Source: Promethearchaeota archaeon | Lineage (GTDB): Archaea; Asgardarchaeota; Heimdallarchaeia; Hodarchaeales; Hodarchaeaceae | Assembly (NCBI GenBank): GCA_048938105.1 | Contig: JBHLMN010000001.1 | Span: 237,374-269,373, forward strand | Direction of reading: 5' to 3' | DNA: 32,000 nucleotides | Shown: in pieces, positions 10,202 through 19,526 of the stretch | Layout of the letters: every line of letters begins with the position of its first letter | Position numbering within the stretch: position 1 is the first letter of the stretch | The notes under the pieces: model-generated | What the model was told of the DNA's origin: nothing | Seen by the model: the letters and a program-made list of their open reading frames with translations, nothing else | The model's database searches: none | Program-made: the position numbers and the translations under genes

Positions 10202-11515
10202 TTAAAGATTATTAACACTCTTGACACAAAATTGTTTGTACGAAGTTTGGAATAAATCCCTTATTCGGGCAGGCTGAAACCATAAACAGCCCCTATTGAC
10301 TAGGTTTTTAATAAAACCATCGCCAATTACTTTTCTTAAGATATTTAATGCCCCATTCACATCCGCATTAATCAAATAATTCACGCTTTGAAATAACCCA
10401 CGATTACGACGCGTCCCGAGATAATGCTTATGTTTGTTAATGCGTTCTAAATCTAACGCACTACATTTAGAGGTATAAGCTTCATTAACCTCATAGACCT
10501 TAATACCAACTAAATCAGCTTTGTATTTGAGCATTTGTTTGAGTCGATAGAATGGAATAGTAACGAAATTTTGGTTTGTTTTTTTACCTAATTGGATACC
10601 GTCCTTGATATCCTTTAATTCCCCCAGACAAATGTTGCCTATCTTGTAATGCAAACAATAGTCAATGATAAACCGACTAGTTTTATGCAGATAGTCTGTA
10701 ATAGTCATGTTGCGATTCCTGGTAATCTCCTCTAATTTGGCTGTGAATTGCTTGTGTTTTTGTTTGTCTTTAATCGAAGTCAATTGAGCTTTCTGTTTAT
10801 TCCAACCTTGATTGATGGATTTGAGGATACTCCCTGAAATGATGATTGGGGTTTTGTTTTGGTTTTCTACCATTGTAATCAGATTGTTTAATCCAAAATC
10901 AATCCCCAGATAAGCACGAGTGTCTAAAGCGGAATTAACACCAGTAACTTTGTAAATCACTTCAATCTCAAAATATTTTTTCCGAGGCAAAACTCTGATC
11001 TGCTGATAATCAACAAAATTGATTGTTCTTGTGTGATGTTTGGGAATAGGAATTGTGATAGGCTCTTTCAAGTCAGGATATTTGGCTTGGAAGGTTTTCG
11101 ACATAGTTAAGATGATTTTGCTTTTATTGGTGTCGATTTTACTATTTTGATTAGTAAAGATAAGTAAAAAAGGTTCTGCTTTGGGTTTATAACGGGGGGG
11201 ATTCGGTTTCCCCCGATACTTATCAGGATTGTGGTTCCAGTCTCTGATCGCTTTGAAATAGGAACTCCAATTCTTATCAATCACTTTCAAGAGTTGTTGA
11301 GCCGTCTGTGCCTTTAATAACCGGTAATGAATGGAATCAGCCTTCAAAAGCCTGTTCAGCTCTAAATACCTCAACCATTTCTTTGTTAGTTGGAGCTCTT
11401 GGTTGATTAAATAATTGGCTTGATTATAAAGATTCTTGGAAGTATAGCATAGCTGTCTTAACTGGTCTAAGTGGGGATATCGGGGATAATAGCGAAATTT
11501 ATAGGTTAATCTCAT
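10202..11515 (-). CDS. tnpB: TnpB, RNA-guided nuclease-family protein (RuvC-like)
   Basis: RuvC-like motifs YLGIDFGLNNL, NICLGELKDI and INADVNGALNILRK. The usual four-cysteine zinc ribbon between the last two motifs is not present. Confidence 0.92.
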   Translation of the reverse strand: MRLTYKFRYYPRYPHLDQLRQLCYTSKNLYNQANYLINQELQLTKKWLRYLELNRLLKADSIHYRLLKAQTAQQLLKVIDKNWSSYFKAIRDWNHNPDKYRGKPNPPRYKPKAEPFLLIFTNQNSKIDTNKSKIILTMSKTFQAKYPDLKEPITIPIPKHHTRTINFVDYQQIRVLPRKKYFEIEVIYKVTGVNSALDTRAYLGIDFGLNNLITMVENQNKTPIIISGSILKSINQGWNKQKAQLTSIKDKQKHKQFTAKLEEITRNRNMTITDYLHKTSRFIIDYCLHYKIGNICLGELKDIKDGIQLGKKTNQNFVTIPFYRLKQMLKYKADLVGIKVYEVNEAYTSKCSALDLERINKHKHYLGTRRNRGLFQSVNYLINADVNGALNILRKVIGDGFIKNLVNRGCLWFQPARIRDLFQTSYKQFCVKSVNNL

Positions 11516-12101
11516 TTTGAAATTCCTTGATCCTTTTTTTGGTAAAGTTTTTTCTTCTTGTTGAATACATTGACATCGTATAGCAGTGTAATAACGAAAT
11601 TATTTCCTGAAAGATTTCCTGCTCTGTGGAAACTGATTCTAACTCATTCAACACAATTAATTCTGCACCAAATTCATGAAAAAAGGCATTAAACAATTCG
11701 AACCCAATTCTACTTAGTCTATCTTTATGGGAGATGATGATTTTCTCAATTTTATAGTTGATCAGTTCTCTTAATAAGCTCATTAACTTCTCCCGTTTGA
11801 ATCGCATGCCTGAGGCAATATCCTCATAGATAGCATTTAAGACTATCCCATTTTGAAAGCAATAGTTTTTAATGAATTGAACTTGATTTTCTAAATCAGG
11901 TTTTTGTTTTTTGGTAGACACTCTGGCATATGCAACCGTTTTTCGAGGTAAATCTTTGTTTAGAAACTTATAGACTGATTTTTCATTATAATCATACCTT
12001 CCATTTGGTAGAGTAGTTACTTCAATTGTGCCTTCTTTCACATACTTTGAGAGAGTCACCCTTGAGATTCTGAGTAAGTTTAACACTTCTTTTGCTTTCA
12101 T
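11499..12101 (-). CDS. tnpA: IS607-family TnpA serine recombinase/resolvase
   Basis: N-terminal HTH (MKAKEVLNLLRISRVTLSKYVKEG) followed by the resolvase catalytic region VAYARVSTKKQKPDLENQ and ISHKDRLSRIGFELF. The start is more likely ATG at 12101 than the track start at 12128. Confidence 0.92.
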   Translation of the reverse strand: MKAKEVLNLLRISRVTLSKYVKEGTIEVTTLPNGRYDYNEKSVYKFLNKDLPRKTVAYARVSTKKQKPDLENQVQFIKNYCFQNGIVLNAIYEDIASGMRFKREKLMSLLRELINYKIEKIIISHKDRLSRIGFELFNAFFHEFGAELIVLNELESVSTEQEIFQEIISLLHCYTMSMYSTRRKNFTKKRIKEFQNEINL

Positions 12102-12238
12102 GATTATTACTATTCTGAAGTAATACATAAATTTTGTTAAATTAATTTAATATTCTTAATTATTTTCTACATTATAAATACTATATTTCTTTCATTGATA
12201 AATAATTAAAATCATATTTATGAGTAACGGGATAAGAT

Positions 12239-12865
12239 ATGAGATCATTACTATTGACTGGTTTTGAACCTTTTGGGGGATATAACGTCAATCCTTCTGA
12301 CATAATTGCACAAGAATTGAATGATACAACAATTTCACATATTAAAATAATTGGAAAAACGATTCCATTAAGATTTGCTGAAATAAAATCCGCAATTACT
12401 CAAGTAATAGACGAAACAAACCCCGAAATTATAATCAATACTGGACAAGCTTCACGTCCTTCGATTTCCATTGAACGAGTCGCCATTAATCTAGCAGATG
12501 CTTCAAAAGTAGCGTATAATTGTGGTACAAAACCGAATGAAAAAACATTGGTAGAAGGAGGGCCAGTGGCATATTTTAGTACTCTACCTATCAAATATAT
12601 AGAAAAATATCTGAAGAAAAACGATATTCCATGCTACATTTCGAATTCGGCGGGAACTTTTGGTTGTAACCAAGTTATGTATCACACCTTGAATTATCTA
12701 GATTCATCTTTCCGGTATAATTCGGTTTTAGCAGGGTTTATTCACTTTCCACTCCTGCCAGAACAGATAGTTAACTCTCCTCAGTCCTCTTCAATGAGTT
12801 TGGATGTTATGAGAAAAGCAATTACCTTGGTTATCAAATGCTTAAAAAATTATGAAAAGAGTTGA
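12239..12865 (+). CDS. pcp: Pyroglutamyl-peptidase I (pyrrolidone-carboxylate peptidase)
   Basis: LLTGFEPFGGYNVNPS, INTGQASRPSISIERVAINL, Cys-containing SNSAGTFGCNQVMYHTL and a C-terminal AGFIHFPLLPEQ. Confidence 0.93.
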   Translation: MRSLLLTGFEPFGGYNVNPSDIIAQELNDTTISHIKIIGKTIPLRFAEIKSAITQVIDETNPEIIINTGQASRPSISIERVAINLADASKVAYNCGTKPNEKTLVEGGPVAYFSTLPIKYIEKYLKKNDIPCYISNSAGTFGCNQVMYHTLNYLDSSFRYNSVLAGFIHFPLLPEQIVNSPQSSSMSLDVMRKAITLVIKCLKNYEKS

Positions 12866-12877
12866 AGTAACTGAATG

Positions 12878-13996
12878 TTAAGAGCTGCTAGTAATACTCT
12901 GATAAGCCTTATATATAGATTGGGCAAGATCTTCAGATGTAGTGCCAGGACTTTCGCAGTTATTTCTGTTTAAAAATGATTTTATATACAATCCGAGATC
13001 TACTTTGTTCAGATTGACATTACGTAGATGTTGTTCCAATTGGGGAAGAATAAAGTCAGGATAAATCCAGAAGTCACCGCTTATAAGAATGTCAACGAGA
13101 ACTGCCTCCTGAAACTCACAAATCACCTGTATTAAGCCACCAGTTGACTTGTGTGTTCCTTCTACCACATAATTTGACGCACGAATCTTGACTTTATGAA
13201 TTAAGTTTTTTCCTCTACGAGCTACTTGGAATCTCCATTCATCGGTCAGATAGGTAGTTCTCAGTTGTTGCATTAATTCAAGGGTCTCTGGTTCGAGTGT
13301 GGTTGGTGTAAGAGAAATATCCAAGATTGATTCAAGATTATGTGTATATACTTCAATTATCTCATTTCGATTTGGAATATACCCAAGTTCGTCCTGAAAG
13401 GAAGTTATTCCTGCTTCTAAAGATTTATAGACCTTATCACGGAATTTCTCGCTTGGTACTCGCAATATTTGAGTCATACCTCTGCGAGGAAAATCTAAAA
13501 TGAAATTCCCAACTAAAACTTGTGCACTCTCGAGAAGTGCAGCTCCATTTCCTGAAATTTTACGTCCTCTAACCAGGATATCATTAATCGGATGATAATT
13601 TGCCTCAATATTGAAATGACGGTATGTCTTAACAACAGGTTCAAGAAGGCTCGAATATAAAGCATTAATCCGCCGTGGAACTTTTTTTGAGTTTATATGA
13701 GCTATAACATTGTAAAATAACTGGTTTGAGTCCAGTAAAACTGCTCCTCCACCACATACTCGCCGAACGACTGGAATATTGTTTGATTCACAGAATTTCA
13801 TGTCTACAACTTGGTTTAAGGATTGATGGAGTCCACAACAGACAATTGGATCTTTTGGCCAATCAATAATCACAAGGTCGTGTTCTTGAATCCCCCTACT
13901 CCTTGTTAGGGTGGCAGCATGCCATATCGTCTGAGTATTGATGCTATCATTTTCTCCAATGAAAATAAGATCCCATTCATTGTTTTGAGTAGACAT
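12878..13996 (-). CDS. Lipoate/biotin--protein ligase family protein (LplA-like, with C-terminal accessory-type domain)
   Basis: VCCGLHQSLNQVVDMKFCESNNIPVVRRVCGGGAVLLDSNQLFYNVI, and NDILVRGRKISGNGAALLESAQVLVGNFILDF carrying the catalytic Lys region. Confidence 0.87.
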   Translation of the reverse strand: MSTQNNEWDLIFIGENDSINTQTIWHAATLTRSRGIQEHDLVIIDWPKDPIVCCGLHQSLNQVVDMKFCESNNIPVVRRVCGGGAVLLDSNQLFYNVIAHINSKKVPRRINALYSSLLEPVVKTYRHFNIEANYHPINDILVRGRKISGNGAALLESAQVLVGNFILDFPRRGMTQILRVPSEKFRDKVYKSLEAGITSFQDELGYIPNRNEIIEVYTHNLESILDISLTPTTLEPETLELMQQLRTTYLTDEWRFQVARRGKNLIHKVKIRASNYVVEGTHKSTGGLIQVICEFQEAVLVDILISGDFWIYPDFILPQLEQHLRNVNLNKVDLGLYIKSFLNRNNCESPGTTSEDLAQSIYKAYQSITSSS

Positions 13997-14104
13997 AACT
14001 ATTCATTGACTGCAATAATTTATGGACTATTATTAAAATAATGGCATTGAATACGCAAAAAAAAGGTAATATAATGTCTTATTTTCAGTCAAGGAGATAA
14101 CAGA

Positions 14105-15037
14105 TTGCACTCCTCTAGAGTTGTTTTTTTGTCAGGGGGTACTGGAACACCAAAACTATTACAGGGTGCGGTAGAGGTAATTGATGCCGATGATATTGCA
14201 GTAATTGGAAACACTGGGGATGACTGGGATTTCTACGGGTTACATGTATCACCTGACATCGATAGTATATTATTTACATTAGCAAATCTTATAGATACAA
14301 AGAAATGGTGGGGAATAAAGGATGATACTTTCAAATTAATTTTCTTTTTGAAAGAACGATTAAAAGAAGAAATCTGGTTCAATCTTGGCGATTTCGACGC
14401 AGGACTTTGTTTATTGAGAACTCATCTATTAAGAAAAGGAAAAAGCCTAACAGAGGCAATAGAAATTATTAGGAAACGATTAGATATTCAATCTTCTGTA
14501 CTACCAATGGCAGATCAAACTATTCAAACAAAAGTTCGTATATCAAACAAAACAATACATCTACAGGAGTTTTGGGTTAAATATAAGGGAAAATTAGATG
14601 TAAAAAATGTTTTTTTTGAAGGAGACCTGAGAAAAACAACCAATCAGGTTTTAGATGCCATTAAGCAAGCTAGTACTATTATAATAGGTCCAAGTAATCC
14701 TGTTTCCTCGATTGGTCCAATCTTGGCAATACAACCTTTACGTGAAGCTTTACAAAACGCTTCTGGATACCGAGTCGCTATAAGTCCAATTATCGGAACA
14801 AATCCGGTTTCTGGTCCAACATCATCTTTTTTAAGAGCTTGGGGATATAATATTTCCCCTGTAGTAATTGCAGAACTATTTCATGATGTTTTAGATGTCT
14901 TAATGATTCATGATACTGATAAACAATATTTAAATGATATTAAAAAGAAGGATCTCACTCCACTTTTAGAAGACATTTATATTCATTCTAAGAGTGATGC
15001 TGTACGATTATTTAAGCGAATAATGGATCGTAAATGA
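14105..15037 (+). CDS. cofD: 2-phospho-L-lactate transferase (F420 biosynthesis)
   Basis: TTG start preceded by AAGGAG. FLSGGTGTPKLLQG, VIGNTGDDWDFYGLHVSPDIDSILFTLA, WFNLGDFDAGLCLLRT, IIGPSNPVSSIGPILA and ISPIIG. Confidence 0.94.
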   Translation: MHSSRVVFLSGGTGTPKLLQGAVEVIDADDIAVIGNTGDDWDFYGLHVSPDIDSILFTLANLIDTKKWWGIKDDTFKLIFFLKERLKEEIWFNLGDFDAGLCLLRTHLLRKGKSLTEAIEIIRKRLDIQSSVLPMADQTIQTKVRISNKTIHLQEFWVKYKGKLDVKNVFFEGDLRKTTNQVLDAIKQASTIIIGPSNPVSSIGPILAIQPLREALQNASGYRVAISPIIGTNPVSGPTSSFLRAWGYNISPVVIAELFHDVLDVLMIHDTDKQYLNDIKKKDLTPLLEDIYIHSKSDAVRLFKRIMDRK

Positions 15038-15793
15038 ATGGGGAACTTAAGGAATCCAAGTATATTAGCTGCAATGGCTGGTATAACGGATGGTGATTTT
15101 GCAAGACATTGTTTGCTGAAAGGCGGAGCAGGAATGGTTACTATTGGAGGATATTCTATTGGAAAAGAAATGATAACAGCTTCAAAGCAAGTTACTCAAA
15201 GAGGCAGAAAGGAATTCATTCTACGTGTTGGAAAAGAGGCAAATGATATATTGAGAGAAGCACACATTGTCTCCACTTTGACCAAGCTCATCATCAACCT
15301 AAGGCTCAATAGCTTAAAGGTTACCAGAAATTTTGTTCAAAAATTTGAAGATCTCATCAATATAAGCCCGATAATTGAAATTAATGCCCATTGTCGGCAA
15401 AAAGAAATTTTGCATATAGGAGGAGGTCAAAGTCTTTTACAACGTTTTGATGTCCTTACAAATATTATCAAGATATTCCATTCTAAAGATTTTAAGGTTT
15501 CTTTAAAAGTACGTGGAAATGCTGTACATCCAGATATATTAATCCCTCAAGTGAATCAATGGCAGCTCGACTATTTACACATTGATTCTTATAAAACAGG
15601 AGAGGAAGGAACCGATTTGGAGTTGTTGGAGCTTTATTCTAATGAAATAAATGTTCCTCTTATAGGAAACAATTCAGTGGTAGATAAAGAAAGTGCTCAA
15701 GCTATTTTAGACACAGGGATCCAATATTTCTCAGTTGCAAGAGCAGCAAGAATGAATCCCTCTATCTTTAAAACTCTCGTGAAAAATTATTAG
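15038..15793 (+). CDS. TIM-barrel protein related to tRNA-dihydrouridine synthase (NifR3/DUS-like archaeal family)
   Basis: LAAMAGITDGDFARHCLLKGGAGMVTIGGY, IIEINAHCRQKE, VSLKVRG, VPLIGNNSVVDKESAQAILDTGIQYFSVARAA. Abuts the cofD stop directly (TGA 15035-15037, ATG 15038). Confidence 0.75.
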   Translation: MGNLRNPSILAAMAGITDGDFARHCLLKGGAGMVTIGGYSIGKEMITASKQVTQRGRKEFILRVGKEANDILREAHIVSTLTKLIINLRLNSLKVTRNFVQKFEDLINISPIIEINAHCRQKEILHIGGGQSLLQRFDVLTNIIKIFHSKDFKVSLKVRGNAVHPDILIPQVNQWQLDYLHIDSYKTGEEGTDLELLELYSNEINVPLIGNNSVVDKESAQAILDTGIQYFSVARAARMNPSIFKTLVKNY

Positions 15794-15857
15794 AATTGAT
15801 TTTTTTACTTCCTCTTGAATAAACGAAGGTGTTTAGCTTCTGGAAAAATCTGAGATT

Positions 15858-16508
15858 ATGATACTTATTCCTATTAAAGATTTTTTTGAAACAAAAACAC
15901 GAATAAAGTCAGCTATACCTGCAAGGTTTTCCTCGCTTATAGATAATTTAGTAGAAGTCACATTTTTCCAAACCATTGATATTATAAGATCAACTTCATA
16001 TCTTTTTGGTGTTATTTCTCCTTCGATTTCTATTCTAAACCAAAGTAAGGAATTAGGAGCTATATTTACTTATTGTGACTTGGGTATCGATTTAAATTTA
16101 GCGTTAACAGAAGCTATTCAAGAAATAGCACGAGAACAGCAAATTCTAATCCTTATGCCAGATTTACCATACATATCTCAAGAATTTTTACAACAGTTGG
16201 TTAATGAAACTGTAAATAATGATGTACTGATCGTTCCATCAATTTCAAGTGATGAAAATTCAGGAACCGCTGCATTGTATTTAAAAAAACCTGATTTATT
16301 ATCATTTCAATACGGAAAATATAGTTCCAAACGATTTCAATCAGAAGCTAATTCCAAGAACCTCAAGTGTCATGTAATCAACTTTGATCCTTTTGCTAGA
16401 GATTTAGATACTATAAATGATGTTGAATATTTAAAACAGCATTTGATGTTGGTTTTTGAGCCTAATCGCTTTAGAAAAATATTAGAACAGATAGAGGTAA
16501 TGAAATAG
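15858..16508 (+). CDS. cofC: 2-phospho-L-lactate guanylyltransferase
   Basis: ILIPIKDFFETKTRIKSAI, LNLALTEAIQEI, ILILMPDLPYIS and VPSISSDENSGTAALYLKKPD, plus position downstream of cofD. Confidence 0.85.
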   Translation: MILIPIKDFFETKTRIKSAIPARFSSLIDNLVEVTFFQTIDIIRSTSYLFGVISPSISILNQSKELGAIFTYCDLGIDLNLALTEAIQEIAREQQILILMPDLPYISQEFLQQLVNETVNNDVLIVPSISSDENSGTAALYLKKPDLLSFQYGKYSSKRFQSEANSKNLKCHVINFDPFARDLDTINDVEYLKQHLMLVFEPNRFRKILEQIEVMK

Positions 16509-16510
16509 CT

Positions 16511-17686
16511 CTAAATAGAGATTTCCTTTAATTCCTTAGATGTAACACGAGTTTTCCCTGCAATATAAGCGAAAATTCCTGTAATAATGATAAAATAGAA
16601 TTTCACTAATTGAACTAATATTGCACCAGCAGCAGATGTATCTGTTCCCAAATTCAATCCCATCTCTAAGAAGACTGTCAAGGTGATCTCCTTCAATCCA
16701 GCCATCCCAGGAATGCCGACAGGGATTGCATCAATTGTTCCTCCAAGAAAATTAATTGCAGCTACCTGATCAAGCAATATTTGAATACCAATAGAGTGTA
16801 GAATTAAATAAATAGAAATCCAATGTGCAACTTGAGAAAAAAAGGCTAATATTAGTGTAACAAAAGACAATAACTTATTTTGAGCTAAATATTTGAACTG
16901 GATACTAAAATCATCAATAATTTTTTCACTTGGCTCTATTGCATCTTTTGCAAATCTTCCAACAAGAGGAAAGGGGTATAGTGCTTTTAAAATAAGTGTT
17001 ACAACTCTTTTTGCCATATTAGGGCTTATTGCAATAAGAATAAAGAAAATTATGACTAAAATAGATAGTAGAGAGATAATTAGTACAAAAATAATTGCCA
17101 CATCATCAGACAAAGGTTGACCTGTTCTATGCTCGATTATATTGCTAAAATATTTTAGCATTGCAAATGCTACAAAGGTTGATATGGGAATGAATGCTAT
17201 CAAACCACAGAGTCTATGAGCTACAACACTAGAAAGTATTTCTCCACTAGTCGCATTGCGATTTTCTCTTTCATTAATGAACGTTTTAGTTCCCAATGCA
17301 ATCCTCATCAGACTTTCAATAGCTCCAGCGCTCGGAATCAGTAATCCATAAGAAAATGAAGCAAGTTGAATACGATAAACTGCTGAAGTAGAAGGTCGAA
17401 TAGAAGAGATTCCTAAGAGTATTTTCCATGCAAGAGTATCAAACAGAATGGCAATAAAAGTAAAAAACGCCCCTGAAACTAAAATAATGAGATCTGCACT
17501 CAACATAATTTCAAGCATTGTGAAAATACTTACATTTCCTAAATACAGATAGATAAATAAAACTATAACAGCGAAACTTAGCAATAATAAAGTTTTCTTA
17601 TCAAATGCTTGTCTTAGAGAGAATTCGGTCTCTTCTACAAATAATTCCGATGAGGGTTCCACAAAATAGACCTCAGATGAGGTCAT
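16511..17686 (-). CDS. UPF0104 / LPG-synthase-TM-like integral membrane protein (second paralogue in window)
   Basis: 391 aa polytopic. Motifs SFSYGLLIPSAGAIESLMRI, GEILSSVVAHRLCGL and IDAIPVGIPGMAGLKEI parallel the gene at 790-1809. Confidence 0.75.
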   Translation of the reverse strand: MTSSEVYFVEPSSELFVEETEFSLRQAFDKKTLLLLSFAVIVLFIYLYLGNVSIFTMLEIMLSADLIILVSGAFFTFIAILFDTLAWKILLGISSIRPSTSAVYRIQLASFSYGLLIPSAGAIESLMRIALGTKTFINERENRNATSGEILSSVVAHRLCGLIAFIPISTFVAFAMLKYFSNIIEHRTGQPLSDDVAIIFVLIISLLSILVIIFFILIAISPNMAKRVVTLILKALYPFPLVGRFAKDAIEPSEKIIDDFSIQFKYLAQNKLLSFVTLILAFFSQVAHWISIYLILHSIGIQILLDQVAAINFLGGTIDAIPVGIPGMAGLKEITLTVFLEMGLNLGTDTSAAGAILVQLVKFYFIIITGIFAYIAGKTRVTSKELKEISI

Positions 17687-17756
17687 GAGGCGAGACCTTC
17701 ATATATTCTTTTGCTAAAAAACGATATGTGCCAACCATAACATAAGATGGTCTAAA

Positions 17757-17966
17757 ATGGATATTCCTGAACTGGTCTTCGTTTACTTGGGGCCCATTCT
17801 ATACAATCTTGTTTTCATTTCATTATGGATCCTCTGGTTTATATACCATCGAGATGAAGAAAATCGTGGTGTAAAACGCTTTTTCAGACGATATCTCCAA
17901 AACGATAAATGGTTCTATCCTATTACTGGATTATTAATTGTGGCTTTCCTGTACATACTTCTTTGA
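17757..17966 (+). pseudogene. Truncated 5' copy of the membrane protein gene found complete at 19527-20717
   Basis: MDIPELVFVYLGPILYNLVFISLWILWFIYHRDEE...WFYPITGLLIVAFLYILL* aligns with MDISELIFINLGPFLYNLIFILLWILWFLYHKKD...LFYPITGCLIVIFLYLLF. Similarity stops at the point where the 69-aa ORF ends. Confidence 0.8.
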
Positions 17967-19214
17967 TATGATGTGACTTGTTCCATAGCTATTCTGATAT
18001 TCTTTGATCAACATTTTAGGATCATTGAAGGCAGGAATAACCCACACATAAGGTTTTGTTACTCGTTGTCCTTTCTTTATCTGATGAATGAACCCCCTTT
18101 CATGAAGATATTTTAGTCGCTGAATCAAAAAATCAGGATGTCGCCCTTTGAGTAAAGTTTTTAGTTTTGAATGGAATCGAAGCTCATTTGTATTGCGAAT
18201 TTTGTGATCTCCTAGAATTTTAATTATTGTAAGACAAACTTTTTTTGCAAATTCTCTAGCATAAACTGTTTTCAAGTCATAAGAAGCCACTAATGTTTTT
18301 AATTCGTCATGCTTATGCCATAATCCGAGTAAAGGATCTTTAGAAACAGACATGCAAAGATCATTGTAGAATTGTATGACTCCTCGCTGATATAGTCCAA
18401 ATGTATACCCTCTACCACGAAGTTTGGGAGGATAGGGGGTATGTTCATAACCTAATTGATCACATAGCCTCATTACATTTTCTAGTAATACCTTATTTTT
18501 TTGACCAAAGTATAAATTTTTACTTACACAACCATCATCAAGAAGAAATGCAGCAAGAAACTGTACTTTCCATGCATGATATATTGGAGGAAGGTCTATT
18601 ATAAATTGAATGAACTTAGGGGTTTTTAAATCGTTTAAAGTAAAACTTGGCATAGTAGAGATAATTAGATAAGTTAATCCCTTTGGAAAGTTTACCCTTT
18701 CGCTTTTACCACCAGGACGACGACTCAAACGCTCTAATAGGTCACGCATAAATCCTTGATTTTTTGGTTGTTGAGTCCAAGTTAATGTAGGACTTGAATT
18801 TCTTTTATCAATAGTTCCATCTCCAATAATGTGACAGAGTGCTCGCCAGGCGTATATATTCATAGTAAAGGGAAAAGAAAGATTTTCTTTCTTACCGTGA
18901 GAAGAAAAACGTATTGTTTGAACTGATTTCTCAACTATCTTGAGATCTAATTTAGCTGCTTTACAGAGCTTCCAGAGGTTGGAAACTGAAATTGACATAT
19001 TTGGATTGTTACGAATATTGCTCAAAACTTTGTAATAAATTGAAAGTCGACCTGACAACTTTGAGAGATTACTTCTCCTCAAGAAATTAGAAACAGAAAG
19101 CCAAGTATTATAATCTAGAATGACATAAAAATCTTTTAAATCCCATAGATGTATCTCATTGAAAAAGTTATTATCCCACATTTTCCTGATAAGTGTTTCA
19201 CATATTGATATCAC
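17934..19214 (-). CDS. Freestanding LAGLIDADG-type homing-endonuclease-like protein
   Basis: Two LAGLIDADG-like segments with acidic residues: ALCHIIGDGTIDKR and QFLAAFLLDDGCVSKN. Separated by about 100 aa and not embedded in a host protein. Confidence 0.78.
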   Translation of the reverse strand: MISICETLIRKMWDNNFFNEIHLWDLKDFYVILDYNTWLSVSNFLRRSNLSKLSGRLSIYYKVLSNIRNNPNMSISVSNLWKLCKAAKLDLKIVEKSVQTIRFSSHGKKENLSFPFTMNIYAWRALCHIIGDGTIDKRNSSPTLTWTQQPKNQGFMRDLLERLSRRPGGKSERVNFPKGLTYLIISTMPSFTLNDLKTPKFIQFIIDLPPIYHAWKVQFLAAFLLDDGCVSKNLYFGQKNKVLLENVMRLCDQLGYEHTPYPPKLRGRGYTFGLYQRGVIQFYNDLCMSVSKDPLLGLWHKHDELKTLVASYDLKTVYAREFAKKVCLTIIKILGDHKIRNTNELRFHSKLKTLLKGRHPDFLIQRLKYLHERGFIHQIKKGQRVTKPYVWVIPAFNDPKMLIKEYQNSYGTSHIISKKYVQESHN

Positions 19215-19526
19215 ATTATAAGGGAGATTCTATGATTAAAAAGGTTTCAGACATCTTTCAAATTATATTTCGGTCTCTTTTAGATTATTTTTAGTTCAGG
19301 TCCCCTAAATAATATGCTTCTATAGATAATTCTGTGAGACAAACTCTTTAGGCTTGTATTCAGAATTCCTCATACTGCTGAATCAATGAGATTCCTATCG
19401 ATTCCTATATATATACAGTTAATATTATATCAGATTATAAAAAATACAAAGGAATCAAAGTAATAAAACTTAATAAATCATGTATTATAATTTTCATTTC
19501 TAATAAATTGCATAAGATGGAAAGAC

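Larger units (their letters stand above)
10202..12128 (-). mobile_element. IS607-type insertion sequence (serine-recombinase tnpA plus tnpB); termini not resolved
   Basis: Serine recombinase with N-terminal MerR-like HTH, overlapping a TnpB gene on the same strand. IS607 elements lack terminal inverted repeats, so exact ends cannot be called. They must lie between 10118 and 10202 on one side and 12128 and 12239 on the other, if the flanking genes are intact. Confidence 0.88.

Noticed and set aside
10119-12239. Attempt to define exact IS607 ends (e.g. aggttatcgctcc on the left, acgggataag on the right)
   Set aside because: IS607 elements have no inverted repeats and a minimal target, and I could not find a convincing boundary by eye. 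An empty-site comparison is needed.
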